From NCBI GenBank assembly GCA_965261395.1, contig OZ253462.1, forward strand, positions 4,416,001 to 4,480,000: a stretch of 64,000 bases of DNA, read 5' to 3'. The position numbers and the translations under genes are program-made. Below are positions 1 to 9,253 of this stretch, piece by piece. The stretch is from Candidatus Latescibacterota bacterium. GTDB taxonomy: Bacteria > Latescibacterota > UBA2968 > UBA8231. Position 1 is the stretch's first letter. Every line of letters begins with the position of its first letter. The notes below the pieces were generated by a model, which did no database searches, was not told where the DNA came from, and worked only from the letters and a program-made list of their open reading frames with translations.

Positions 1-75
1 CCGCTGGGCAAAAGCCGCATCGCACAGGAGTGCGACGCCGGCCGTGACAACTGCTGCGTAGAGCATGCACCTCAC
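1..75 (-). CDS. N-terminus of a secreted protein (runs off window edge)
   Basis: GTG at 75 preceded by GGGAGG; reads VRCMLYAAVVTAGVALLCDAAFAQR, signal-peptide-like with AFA cleavage site. Confidence 0.6.
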   Translation of the reverse strand, partial: MRCMLYAAVVTAGVALLCDAAFAQR

Positions 76-149
76 GCTGGAATCCTCCCTTTTAAATTTT
101 TGCCGATCAGCACCACTTCACCACGCCTTCAGGCGTGAACACCCAACCA

Positions 150-2114
150 TCAATAGGCCACGCCGACGACGCCGACCCGCCTGAAGTTGCCGATCCCGCT
201 GGCAACTGAGAGCGAGACCACGTAACTGCCCGGGGGCACAGCCTCGTCGTCATCGCTCCTTCCATCCCACATCTCAGTGTAAATCCCGCCGGGCTGTTCG
301 CGGTCGGCTAGCACGCGCACCAGCCGACCCGCCAAGTCGTAAATAGCCACCTCAATGGGCTTAGGCTCAGAAATCTGAATTACAGTGTACTTGATAGCGA
401 TGTGGTCGTTGATGCCATCCCCATTCGGCGTAAAGACCGAGGGATTAAACTCTATGGCGCGGACGATTTCGCCCACGGACTTCTGGGTCAGAGCCACGCG
501 TAGCGCGTTGGTGCTAACATCGAAGTTAGCATCGCCTTCTAGCACGGGCTGACCGAGGATGTCGGCCTGGGTATCCCAGACTGTGCCGGTGAAAATCGTG
601 CCGAATACCACGGCCGACCCCTCGAAGAGCACGCGCAGCGGCACGTTGTTGTCAAAGGTGACTTTGTTGCTGGTGAAAATCACTTCGAGACTTCTGTCGC
701 CCGCATTCACGTGATCCGGCTCCACGGGCATGAGCGGATCGCCCATCTGCAAACCGATAAAGCGCGCCGGCGTCGGCGTGTCGATACGCAAGGCATCAAA
801 GCCGTTCTGGTCGGCATTACTGATTACGGCCCGCACGTCATAGGCGAAGATCACCTCTTCGCCCCCGTCGATACTCGGCAGCACAACGGCATCGTCTTTG
901 TCGATTACCCCGATGTCGGCCGGCGGATTGGGGTCGTCGGCCAAGGAAATCTCGCCGACGACCGCAGCAGCCGGGGGCAGCGAATGCTCAATCTGTAACG
1001 AGTCGATGCGCACCGTCTGCGTCACGGCTCTGCTCTCCATGATGATCTGTAGCTGAAAATAGGGACGCGGGCTGGGCAACGGGATCAATTGCCCGGATTC
1101 GAGCGGCAGCGACCAAGGACTCCAGTTGTCGGAGTCTTCCTCGATGTCGCCCTTCTGGCCCGAGGGCAGCTTGTTGTAATCCGCTTCCGAGACCACCGCT
1201 TGGCTCACAGCCCGCGTTTCGTTGTCAATGACCTTTTGGAAGTGAACCAGCGGGCTATCGTCCTGACCCGTCTTCATGCGCACCGCGACCGAGGTCTGCC
1301 CCAGATCCGGCAACTCGATCAACTCGCTGTCCACCAGTTCCAAAGCTCGCTGGGCCCAAGAGATGGTGCCGTAGTTGGAGACCTCGCCCAAGTCGATGAC
1401 TTGGCTCCGATACGTGGCCCGCGGCACGAAGCCATTGCCGTAGAGTTCAAATTCGGCGATCTCAAAGGGGTTTCGCGACCCGACCCGCAGCAGAATAAAA
1501 CGAATGAACTGCTGGGGGAATTTCATGGTGAAGACGCTGTTGGGATTAATCGGAATATCGCGCAGCAAGTCAAACACCGGTTGTTCCTGCTTATAAGTCA
1601 GCCCGTCGCTGACTTCGATCCGGTGCTTGCGCACGAAGTCAGCGCTAAAGGGCTTGCCGTTGGCGTATGTCCCCTCCTGCCGGGGAAAGAAGACCAAGCT
1701 GTCGGCTGGCACGCGCGAGCCTATATCTAAAAAGAACGTGCGCCCATCTTGATCAACGCCAGCGGTTTTGAAGAGGTCCGCAGTACTCGTGGTGTCATCG
1801 CCATCGACGATCGACAGCGAAGTGGAATTCTTGGCCGCCGTATTGTCCCACAGGGCCGCATTGCCCTCACTGACCAAGTCGTTGGGCTTGCCATACGCCC
1901 AAGAGAGCGTGGTGATGATGTTCTCGTCAGGGGTGAAGCCGCGGATCTGAATCGCGCCCGGGCTGCTCTGCTCGTCGATCTGGGCGCGGACCTGTACGAG
2001 ATCTCCCCAAGAAAAGCCATGACCCCCAAGCACCCATTCGTCGGCGGCGAGCCACTGCGCGCAGGAACACAAGGCGCACAACAGCGCCGCAATGCGGGTC
2101 GTCCCCCGATTCAT
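150..2114 (-). CDS. Secreted protein with C-terminal FlgD-type Ig domain
   Basis: 654 aa; signal peptide; C-terminal FTPNGDGIND...IYDLAGRLVR...WDGR...VPPGSY pattern. Confidence 0.8.
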   Translation of the reverse strand: MNRGTTRIAALLCALCSCAQWLAADEWVLGGHGFSWGDLVQVRAQIDEQSSPGAIQIRGFTPDENIITTLSWAYGKPNDLVSEGNAALWDNTAAKNSTSLSIVDGDDTTSTADLFKTAGVDQDGRTFFLDIGSRVPADSLVFFPRQEGTYANGKPFSADFVRKHRIEVSDGLTYKQEQPVFDLLRDIPINPNSVFTMKFPQQFIRFILLRVGSRNPFEIAEFELYGNGFVPRATYRSQVIDLGEVSNYGTISWAQRALELVDSELIELPDLGQTSVAVRMKTGQDDSPLVHFQKVIDNETRAVSQAVVSEADYNKLPSGQKGDIEEDSDNWSPWSLPLESGQLIPLPSPRPYFQLQIIMESRAVTQTVRIDSLQIEHSLPPAAAVVGEISLADDPNPPADIGVIDKDDAVVLPSIDGGEEVIFAYDVRAVISNADQNGFDALRIDTPTPARFIGLQMGDPLMPVEPDHVNAGDRSLEVIFTSNKVTFDNNVPLRVLFEGSAVVFGTIFTGTVWDTQADILGQPVLEGDANFDVSTNALRVALTQKSVGEIVRAIEFNPSVFTPNGDGINDHIAIKYTVIQISEPKPIEVAIYDLAGRLVRVLADREQPGGIYTEMWDGRSDDDEAVPPGSYVVSLSVASGIGNFRRVGVVGVAY

Positions 2115-2860
2115 TACGGCGTCTCCGCACGGGGATGGAGCGCGTAGTAAATTTCGCGTTGGAATTTGAATGCTAGGTCGATGGTCTCTACCGGTTCGCC
2201 CTTATAGTCGAAGCGCACGGCCATGTCCGACACGGTGACAGTGAAGTTACTCACGTCTCGGTGCAAAACCGGAAATACGATGTACCCAGTTGACTCTTGA
2301 CCGGAAAAGACCATGTCGGGCGGATAGATCGTGCGTTTGAGCAGGTCGGTGGCATCCTCGAATTGCCGCCGCTGGTTGCCGGCATAAGCCCGGAGATACG
2401 GGCTGAAGTAATCTTCGAGCTGCCCGTCGTCAAGCGCATTGTACACTCGGTTGTTCGACGTAGTGAGCACGAGCGCCGTGGGGTCGATGAAAATCTTGGG
2501 ATACTCGTAGTTTTTGACCTTTATCAAGACCACGGTAAAGCGCTCCGGGGTCCAGTCTTGGCCCCAAGGCTTCCAATTGCCATACGTGTATGGATTGGTC
2601 GATTCAGCACCCTTCCTTGAATTCGCCGCGAACTGGCGATTGAGGAATCCGTCACCCAACACCTGTAGCGAGATCTCCAAGCGATCTTTGGTATAGACGA
2701 TCGTGCCGTCGTCGAGGACGGTCATGGCCTCATCTTGTTGCGGAACTGGCTCGGGGAACGTTGCAAAGCGCCGCAGCCCCACCTGTGAAATGCACCCGAC
2801 AAGCGCGAACAGATAAAGAGCCGACAAAAGCCCGCTCGTTGCGATGTTCCGTATCCTCAT
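2114..2860 (-). CDS. Hypothetical lipoprotein
   Basis: Likely start MRIRNIAT at 2860; lipobox-like LVGC; stop/start overlap with next gene. Confidence 0.7.
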   Translation of the reverse strand: MRIRNIATSGLLSALYLFALVGCISQVGLRRFATFPEPVPQQDEAMTVLDDGTIVYTKDRLEISLQVLGDGFLNRQFAANSRKGAESTNPYTYGNWKPWGQDWTPERFTVVLIKVKNYEYPKIFIDPTALVLTTSNNRVYNALDDGQLEDYFSPYLRAYAGNQRRQFEDATDLLKRTIYPPDMVFSGQESTGYIVFPVLHRDVSNFTVTVSDMAVRFDYKGEPVETIDLAFKFQREIYYALHPRAETP

Positions 2861-2980
2861 TGAGAATGCCTTCCTGAAAACGATGCAGAGGCGATAGATA
2901 AAGAGAGATGAAGTCGCCTTCACCTCTCTTTATCTAAAACTACACCCAATATGCGCTAGCGAAAGACGCTAAGGTTCGCT

Positions 2981-3886
2981 TTATTGGATCATATAGCCTT
3001 TGATGCGACCCCAGCTATCGGCCTCGACAGCCGTATCTTCGCCGCCGCCGCCAGTGCCGCCCGTAGCGCCTTCGGTCTCCACCGTGATGAAGTCCGAGCC
3101 GTTCGAGTTGTCCTGGAATGCGCCGTTGACCGGCGTAGTGCCCGGCTGCTTCTCACGGCCGGTCTCGGGATTCTCGGTCTCGTCAAACTGGAAGGTCAGA
3201 CCGATGATCTGGTCGGAGGCAAAGTTGTGGCGAGCGCTGCCGTCGGGACCCGTCTTGTCGTGGAAGGTCCAAATGGCCTGCTTGACCTCGTAGGTGTAGG
3301 TCACCGAGCTACCAGCGGGCTGCTCCAGCGGACGGGCGTCCGGCGGATCGAGGGTCCACTCATAGACGAACCAAGGACGTTCGGTGGACCACAGGATGCT
3401 CTCCTGCGGCACGTTGAAGATCCAAGTGTCCTTCTGACCAGCGGCGGGCAGGATGCGGATGCCGTACTGCTGGCCGGAGATTTGTTCGGTCTCGTTGAAG
3501 TTCTCGCTCGAGTGGTCGGCATCGACGATGATTTCCAGCGAGTCGTCTTTCCAATACTCCTGGGGGTTCTCGACAAACAGGCCCAGCGAGTCATCGGTAA
3601 TTCGAGAAAAGTAGTAGAGCGAGTTGTCGGGCGCCGAACTCCAAGCCACGTAGAGAATGCAGTCCCAGTCGTCTTTGGCCGGCGGCCACTCACTACCGAG
3701 GATCTCGAACATGGTGTCGGGGTTGATGGCAAAAGCCGGATCAATCCAACCCCAGTCGTCGTCGTTGCCGTCGATGACCATGTTATCGGGATTGGGAATC
3801 TGCGGCGCGAAATAGTTAGCCTGGTGCGCGAAAGCGGCCGAAGCCGCCATCACTGCGACCAAAGCGAGAAGACTCAGTCTCTTCAA
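2981..3886 (-). CDS. Secreted CBM9/DOMON-like protein with C-terminal TAVE..SWG.IK motif
   Basis: TTG start with AAAGGAGG SD; signal peptide; IDGNDDDW and WKDDSLEI motifs; Gly-rich linker then TAVEADSWGRIK. Confidence 0.7.
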   Translation of the reverse strand: MKRLSLLALVAVMAASAAFAHQANYFAPQIPNPDNMVIDGNDDDWGWIDPAFAINPDTMFEILGSEWPPAKDDWDCILYVAWSSAPDNSLYYFSRITDDSLGLFVENPQEYWKDDSLEIIVDADHSSENFNETEQISGQQYGIRILPAAGQKDTWIFNVPQESILWSTERPWFVYEWTLDPPDARPLEQPAGSSVTYTYEVKQAIWTFHDKTGPDGSARHNFASDQIIGLTFQFDETENPETGREKQPGTTPVNGAFQDNSNGSDFITVETEGATGGTGGGGEDTAVEADSWGRIKGYMIQ

Positions 3887-3939
3887 GGGAAACCTCCTTT
3901 GGCAAGGTTATAGTTAATAGGGCGAGAGACGAAGGCGTC

Positions 3940-3968
3940 AATTTATAAACTGTCCACATACCTGTCAA
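3940..3968 (-). promoter_or_regulatory. sigma70-type promoter for the secreted-protein cluster
   Basis: TTGACA-17nt-TAAATT on the minus strand in an AT-rich intergenic region. Confidence 0.55.
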
Positions 3969-3983
3969 GTAATTTTATTACTT
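3967..3983. promoter_or_regulatory. Palindromic operator candidate
   Basis: AAGTAAT-TTT-ATTACTT perfect inverted repeat between divergent promoters. Confidence 0.4.
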
Positions 3984-4020
3984 AATAATCATATTTATTT
4001 GATTGTTCTCGGCTGACGCA

Positions 4021-4048
4021 TTGACAATCTTGCGTTTTTTTTTACACT
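4021..4048 (+). promoter_or_regulatory. sigma70-type promoter for the ABC operon
   Basis: TTGACA-16nt-TACACT; spacer contains a T9 run. Confidence 0.55.
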
Positions 4049-4084
4049 TGGCCCTTTCGCCTTCCATCCTCAACAGGTTTTCCC

Positions 4085-5794
4085 TTGCGCGATCTATCTA
4101 CGACCATCGCCGTCCTCGCCCTGATTTTAGTCGGTTGGTACGCCCTTAACCGCTGGGGCTTATCTGTCTATCCAGACGACCCGTCCGTGGGCGGCGAGTA
4201 CACCGTCATCCGCTGGGCCTCCGACCCCAATCCAGCGCGCACCGAACAAATGGCCCTCTTCAATCGGCTCTACGAAGACAAGAAAGTGCGCGTCGTTCTC
4301 GACCCGAGCGCGGACGTGCAAAAGATTCTCACCCAAGCGGCGGCCGGTTCTGGGCCGGACGTCTTTGACATCTACAGCTATGCGACCTTCGCGCTCTACG
4401 CCTCTAAGGGCGTCATGGTTGAACTGAACGACTACATGCGCGAGGCCAAGCTGAGCCTCGACGACTTCTGGCTGCACCGGCGCAACGCCCTCGCCGCGCC
4501 AGTGGCCGGCACACCGGCCGGGGCCGACGAATACGAGCGCTTTCGCATCTATGCCGTCCCCAACAACGTCACCGTCAGCGTCACCTTTCTCAACCGCTCG
4601 CTCTACGACGCGGTCGCGCGCTACCGCCAAGTGCATAACTTGACCATGCCGCCCTTGCCGTGGAACCACTGGACTTGGTGGGACTACGTCCTCTTGTGTC
4701 AGGCCCTCACCAAAAAGAGCGCCGATGGCCGGCGCTATGAGACCTTTGGCTCGGGCGGGGCGGGCTTTGGTGGAGGGATGAACAACTTCATCTACCAAGC
4801 CGGCGGCAGCCTCCTCAACGACGACGGCACCGAGATTGCCCTCGACTCCCCAGCCGGTGCCACAGCCGCCCAATATCTGTACGACCTCGTCAACACCTTC
4901 CACGTTGTGCCATCAGCCGAAGATCAATCCGCGCAAACAGGTGGGGGCGGTTGGGGTGGGCAATCCATACTAGGATTGTATTCGGCGGGCAAACTGGGCA
5001 CCATCCTCATCGGCCGCTGGGGGCTGATCAAGGTGCGCCGCGAGGCCCGCTTTACCACCGAGATTTACCCCATGCCCCGCTACGTGCCCTACGAGGAGTG
5101 GGAGCGCTGGATGAGTGACCCCGAGATGCGCGCCAACCCGAGCCTGCGCGACGGCCTTTGGGGCGAGATCAGTGAGACTGGCCGCCACCGAGGCAAGGCG
5201 GGCGAGATGGGTGGGCGAGTGACGGCCATCCGCAAGGGCACTCAGCACGAGCGAGAGGCATTTTACTTTCTAGAATACTTGTCCAGCCCGGATTTCAACA
5301 ACTTGTTGACCAAGGACGCAGATGCCTTTGGCAGTCGCAAGCAGTTTTCGGTGCGCTATTTCTCTCAGCCCGACCCCGAATTCCCCGATGAGGACCAACA
5401 CCGCTCGGCCCTGGTCGACGCCATGGAGCATCCGGTCGCAGAGCAGGCTGCGGCCTACGGGGCTGCTTTTGACATCACCCGTTTGCAGGGCGCGCTGGGC
5501 ACTAACCTCATCAATGCGGCCTACCAGCCCGCCGACTCAACAGCCCGCCAGACCTACCGATTCCTCGGCCGCATACCCAACCAGAGCGCAGTGGGCAACC
5601 CCACGGTGGGCCAAGCGGCTGTCATCGAAATGTCCGCCCGCATGCGCTCGGCCTTGGCCAAGGCCGAGCGCAACCGCACGCTCTCCAGCCGTAGCCACGC
5701 GCTCGACCTCCTCGGGATCGCGGCCCTCCTAGTGGCGATCGGCGGCGGCCTGGCGTTCTACGTTCGGCGGCAACGCGAGGAGATGGACGCGTGA
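4085..5794 (+). CDS. Sugar ABC transporter substrate-binding protein
   Basis: CUT1 SBP motifs (KILTQAAAGSGPDV, WTWWDY); hydrophobic helices at both termini; GTGA overlap with permease. Confidence 0.8.
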   Translation: MRDLSTTIAVLALILVGWYALNRWGLSVYPDDPSVGGEYTVIRWASDPNPARTEQMALFNRLYEDKKVRVVLDPSADVQKILTQAAAGSGPDVFDIYSYATFALYASKGVMVELNDYMREAKLSLDDFWLHRRNALAAPVAGTPAGADEYERFRIYAVPNNVTVSVTFLNRSLYDAVARYRQVHNLTMPPLPWNHWTWWDYVLLCQALTKKSADGRRYETFGSGGAGFGGGMNNFIYQAGGSLLNDDGTEIALDSPAGATAAQYLYDLVNTFHVVPSAEDQSAQTGGGGWGGQSILGLYSAGKLGTILIGRWGLIKVRREARFTTEIYPMPRYVPYEEWERWMSDPEMRANPSLRDGLWGEISETGRHRGKAGEMGGRVTAIRKGTQHEREAFYFLEYLSSPDFNNLLTKDADAFGSRKQFSVRYFSQPDPEFPDEDQHRSALVDAMEHPVAEQAAAYGAAFDITRLQGALGTNLINAAYQPADSTARQTYRFLGRIPNQSAVGNPTVGQAAVIEMSARMRSALAKAERNRTLSSRSHALDLLGIAALLVAIGGGLAFYVRRQREEMDA

Positions 5795-6948
5795 AGCCCC
5801 GAGAAAAGAGAATTCTGGGCTGGGCGTTGATTTTTCTCGCGCCGAATCTGACCGGGTTCTTGATCTTCACGTCCCTGCCGGTACTCTTCTCCTTTGGCCT
5901 CGCGTTCTTTCAGTGGGACACGTTCTCCGCGCCCCGCTTTATTGGCTTCGACAACTTCATTCGGCTGCTGACCGACCCCAAGCTCTGGTTTTATCTCTAC
6001 AACACGGTCTTTCTCATGGTGGGCTTGCCTCTGTCCATCGGCGGCTCGCTTCTGTTGGCCATCGTCCTCTCGCAAAAGCTGCGCGGCATCATCGTCTATC
6101 GCACGGTTTTCTACCTCCCCACCGTCACCAATGGGGTTGCGCTGTTCTTGCTCTGGAAGTGGCTCTACAACCCCAAGTACGGCCTCGTTAACTCAATCCT
6201 GCTCCCCGTGCTCTCTTGGCCCTATTTCTCGCTCGCCGTGCGCGTCGCGATCCTCGTGCTGATAGGCTTGGTACTGCAATCTCTGGCGCGCAAGGCCGTG
6301 TCCGCGCGACCGGCCCAAGTCCTGTCCGCGCTCCTTGCGGCCGCCACGCTCTACTGGATCGTCAGCGGCCTATACGAGTACGGCGGCCCCTGGGCTTGGC
6401 TATCGGGACGCATGGCCCTGCTGACTGGTCTCGACAGCATCGACGACTTGCCCAACTGGCTTTCCAGCAGCGTCGATTTGGGCTGGCTCTCTTGGCTCGG
6501 CCTAGAGCAGGCCGCCTATTGGGCTAAGACGGCCATCATCTTCATGGGCATTTGGGCGTCTATGGGCGGGGGCAACATGATCCTCTACCTCGCGGCTCTC
6601 GCCAATGTGCCCGAGGAGCTGTACGAAGCCTCGGACATCGACGGGGCCTCTAAGTGGCAGCAATTTTGGCACATCACTTGGCCAATGATCGCCCCGACGA
6701 CCTTCTTTATCTGCGTCATGTCTATTATCGGCGGGCTGCAAGGGGGCTTTGAGATCGCCTACTTGATGACCAATGGCGGCCCGGGCAAGGATGGGGACAA
6801 CACGGTCACGCTCGGCTACTACATCTACCGCTCGGCCTTTGAAAACCTGGAGTTCGGGTACGCGGCCGCCGTGGCTTGGTTTATGTTCGTCATCATATTT
6901 ACTATCACGCTGTTCAACTGGCGCTTCGGTCGGGGCGCGGTCAACTGA
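5791..6948 (+). CDS. Carbohydrate ABC permease (MalF-like)
   Basis: EAA loop ELYEASDIDGASKWQQFWHITWP; multiple TM segments. Confidence 0.9.
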   Translation: MKPREKRILGWALIFLAPNLTGFLIFTSLPVLFSFGLAFFQWDTFSAPRFIGFDNFIRLLTDPKLWFYLYNTVFLMVGLPLSIGGSLLLAIVLSQKLRGIIVYRTVFYLPTVTNGVALFLLWKWLYNPKYGLVNSILLPVLSWPYFSLAVRVAILVLIGLVLQSLARKAVSARPAQVLSALLAAATLYWIVSGLYEYGGPWAWLSGRMALLTGLDSIDDLPNWLSSSVDLGWLSWLGLEQAAYWAKTAIIFMGIWASMGGGNMILYLAALANVPEELYEASDIDGASKWQQFWHITWPMIAPTTFFICVMSIIGGLQGGFEIAYLMTNGGPGKDGDNTVTLGYYIYRSAFENLEFGYAAAVAWFMFVIIFTITLFNWRFGRGAVN

Positions 6949-6961
6949 GGAGAAAAGGCGC

Positions 6962-8443
6962 ATGGCCAAAGTCGCGCGCATGACCGCGATCCACTCGCTG
7001 AGCCACTGGCTGCTCATCCTCTTCGGCTTCACCACGCTGGTGCCGTTCCTGTGGATGGTGCTCACCTCGTTCAAGAGCGAAAACGAGGTCTTCCAGAGCC
7101 ACGTATGGCCGCAGGAGGTGCGCCTCGGCAACGAAGGTGACCTGCTGAAGACCCGCAATGGCCAACCGCTGCTCGACGCCCAAGGCGAGCCGATCCGTAT
7201 CACCCTCGGCAACCCGGTGATACTCGGTGCCCCCGGCGACCCGATCCGCGACCAGCAGGGCCGCCTGATCTACGACCCCGACGGTCAGCCCATCCCCGGC
7301 AAAAACGTCGAAGCGCGCGACGGCCTTGCCGTGTACAAAAACCGCTGGAATCCGGTCCTCGTCGAAGGTGCTCCCCTGCTGTTGACCGAAGCCTTGCGCG
7401 ACAAGTGGCAAAAACGGCTCGTGCAGCAGCGCCAGAGCTGGCGCACGGCCGAGCAGCTACCGCCGGCCTCGGTAGAGCTTGCCGACGGCACCCCGCTATT
7501 GCGCGCCAACGGCGAGGCTTATACCTATCGCGATATCTCTTGGGATCGCGTCGGGGACCCGGTTTTGGATGTCCAAGCCAAAGAGCCGATTCTCGACGCC
7601 GACGGCAACACCATTCCCTTTCGCTCGGCCTTTCCCCTGCTCAGAAGCGACGACGACCCGCTGACGGAAAAAGCCGGGGGCGACGTCCTCTACGCCCGCT
7701 TCCCCGGAGAAGACCAATTGCGCATTGCGTACGGCAACGACGTGTTGCAGATCAGCGAGCCGCGCTTCATGTGGTCCAACTACATCCGGGTCTTGCGCGA
7801 CAAGGACATCAAGTTCTCGCTCTACGGCTGGAACAGCCTCTTTGTCGCCGTCTGCGTGATGGTCGGCCAAGTGACGACCTCGGCCATGGCTGGCTTTGCC
7901 TTTGCCCGCCTCGAATGGCGCTACCGCGACGCCGTCTTCCTACTCTACTTGGCCACCTTGATGGTCCCCGGGATCGTCACCTTGCTGCCCAACTACGTGA
8001 TCCTCAAAAGCCTCGGCTGGCTCGACTCGTTCCAAGCGCTCATCATCCCGGCCATGTTCACCGCTTTTGGCACCTTTATGATGCGCCAGTTTATGACCGG
8101 GCTACCCAGAGGGCTCGAAGAAGCTGCTGAAATCGACGGTGCCAATCTCTGGAAGACCTTCTGGACTATCGTCATGCCCCTGTCCAAGCCGGCGTTGATT
8201 ACCCTCTCGATCTTCTCCTTCATGGGCACTTGGCAGTCCTTTACCTGGCCACTGATCGTCACTCACTCCGAGCACATGCGAGTCCTGCCGGTAGCCCTGC
8301 GCTACTTCGATTCCTCGCAGGGGACCAACTACTCGCTGTTGATGACGGGGAGCGTTCTGATGATGCTGCCGATGATCGTGCTCTTTGTCTTCGGCCAGCG
8401 GTTCTTCGTGCGCGGTATCCAACTCGGCGCGCTCAAAGGTTGA
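6962..8443 (+). CDS. Carbohydrate ABC permease (MalG-like) with large repeat-containing insertion
   Basis: ATG 6962 after GAGGAG; EAA loop LEEAAEIDGA; C-terminal GALKG. Confidence 0.88.
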   Translation: MAKVARMTAIHSLSHWLLILFGFTTLVPFLWMVLTSFKSENEVFQSHVWPQEVRLGNEGDLLKTRNGQPLLDAQGEPIRITLGNPVILGAPGDPIRDQQGRLIYDPDGQPIPGKNVEARDGLAVYKNRWNPVLVEGAPLLLTEALRDKWQKRLVQQRQSWRTAEQLPPASVELADGTPLLRANGEAYTYRDISWDRVGDPVLDVQAKEPILDADGNTIPFRSAFPLLRSDDDPLTEKAGGDVLYARFPGEDQLRIAYGNDVLQISEPRFMWSNYIRVLRDKDIKFSLYGWNSLFVAVCVMVGQVTTSAMAGFAFARLEWRYRDAVFLLYLATLMVPGIVTLLPNYVILKSLGWLDSFQALIIPAMFTAFGTFMMRQFMTGLPRGLEEAAEIDGANLWKTFWTIVMPLSKPALITLSIFSFMGTWQSFTWPLIVTHSEHMRVLPVALRYFDSSQGTNYSLLMTGSVLMMLPMIVLFVFGQRFFVRGIQLGALKG

Positions 8444-8449
8444 CCAGAG

Positions 8450-9253
8450 TCAAAGCTCCGCTTCGGGAATCTGCTCCCAGTCCAGCTCGTCCTCGTCGAT
8501 ATCCCAATCGTCGCTCCGCGCCGCCGGCCGGTTGCAATAGGTGTGAAATTCGCAGCGCTGGCACTCGCCCTCGTCGTCGGTCTTGGCGTACGCATCCGCG
8601 TCTGGGAGGGCCTCGATGGTAGCGATCTCCTCTGCCAAAAGCCCTCGCGCCCGCTCGTGCTCGGCGGCCGAATAGGCAATCGGCTGCAGGGCCTGCGGGT
8701 ACTGAGCGTGCCAATAGACCAACACCACGTCGTCGGGCGCGAGGGCGCGGCCCTCGTTCAAGACCGCGCCAGCCTCGACCAAGACAAAGCGATAAACCAG
8801 CGTTTGCCAGCTTTGGACATAGGCGGCTTGCTCTGGCTTTTTGCGGCCGGTCTTCCAGTCGAATATCCAGGCGCGGCCATCGTCGGCTAGTACCACGCGG
8901 TCGAACTTGGCGACGAGACGCCGACCGGCTAGGGGCACGGAGAGCATGGTTTCCCCAAACACCGCTCCCGTGGGCAAAACCGGCGGCTGCTCGCGCCAAT
9001 TGCGCCACCAAGCGGTCAGCAGCGGATCGCGGCTCCGCTGCACTGCGTCCTCCACATCCATGCCCAAGCTCTCCTGCAACACAAACTGGTGGAACGCCCG
9101 CCCCCGGTCGGCGGCGGCCTCCCACTCGTCGAGCTGGTCGGTCAGCGGCGCAGGCCACGCCAACCGCTCGACATAGCGCAAAAGGAACTGCCGCCGACAG
9201 CGTTTAAAGGCCGTCAGGCTGCTCTGGCTGTACTTGAATCCTTGCGGTATCAT
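8450..9253 (-). CDS. Stand-alone PD-(D/E)XK nuclease, AddB/Cas4-like with four Cys
   Basis: Start MIPQGFKYSQS; FKRC...KFDRV...IFDWKTG...QTLVY...CQRCEFHTYC. Confidence 0.85.
   Translation of the reverse strand: MIPQGFKYSQSSLTAFKRCRRQFLLRYVERLAWPAPLTDQLDEWEAAADRGRAFHQFVLQESLGMDVEDAVQRSRDPLLTAWWRNWREQPPVLPTGAVFGETMLSVPLAGRRLVAKFDRVVLADDGRAWIFDWKTGRKKPEQAAYVQSWQTLVYRFVLVEAGAVLNEGRALAPDDVVLVYWHAQYPQALQPIAYSAAEHERARGLLAEEIATIEALPDADAYAKTDDEGECQRCEFHTYCNRPAARSDDWDIDEDELDWEQIPEAEL

Noticed and set aside
2984-3913. Long antisense ORFs (this one, 10180..11382, 51806..52894, 57781..58968 and similar)
   Set aside because: Mirror frames of well-supported genes, expected at high GC; no independent motifs
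8450-9253. Cas4 / CRISPR system
   Set aside because: No repeat-spacer array or cas1/cas2 in the window; context is a helicase operon
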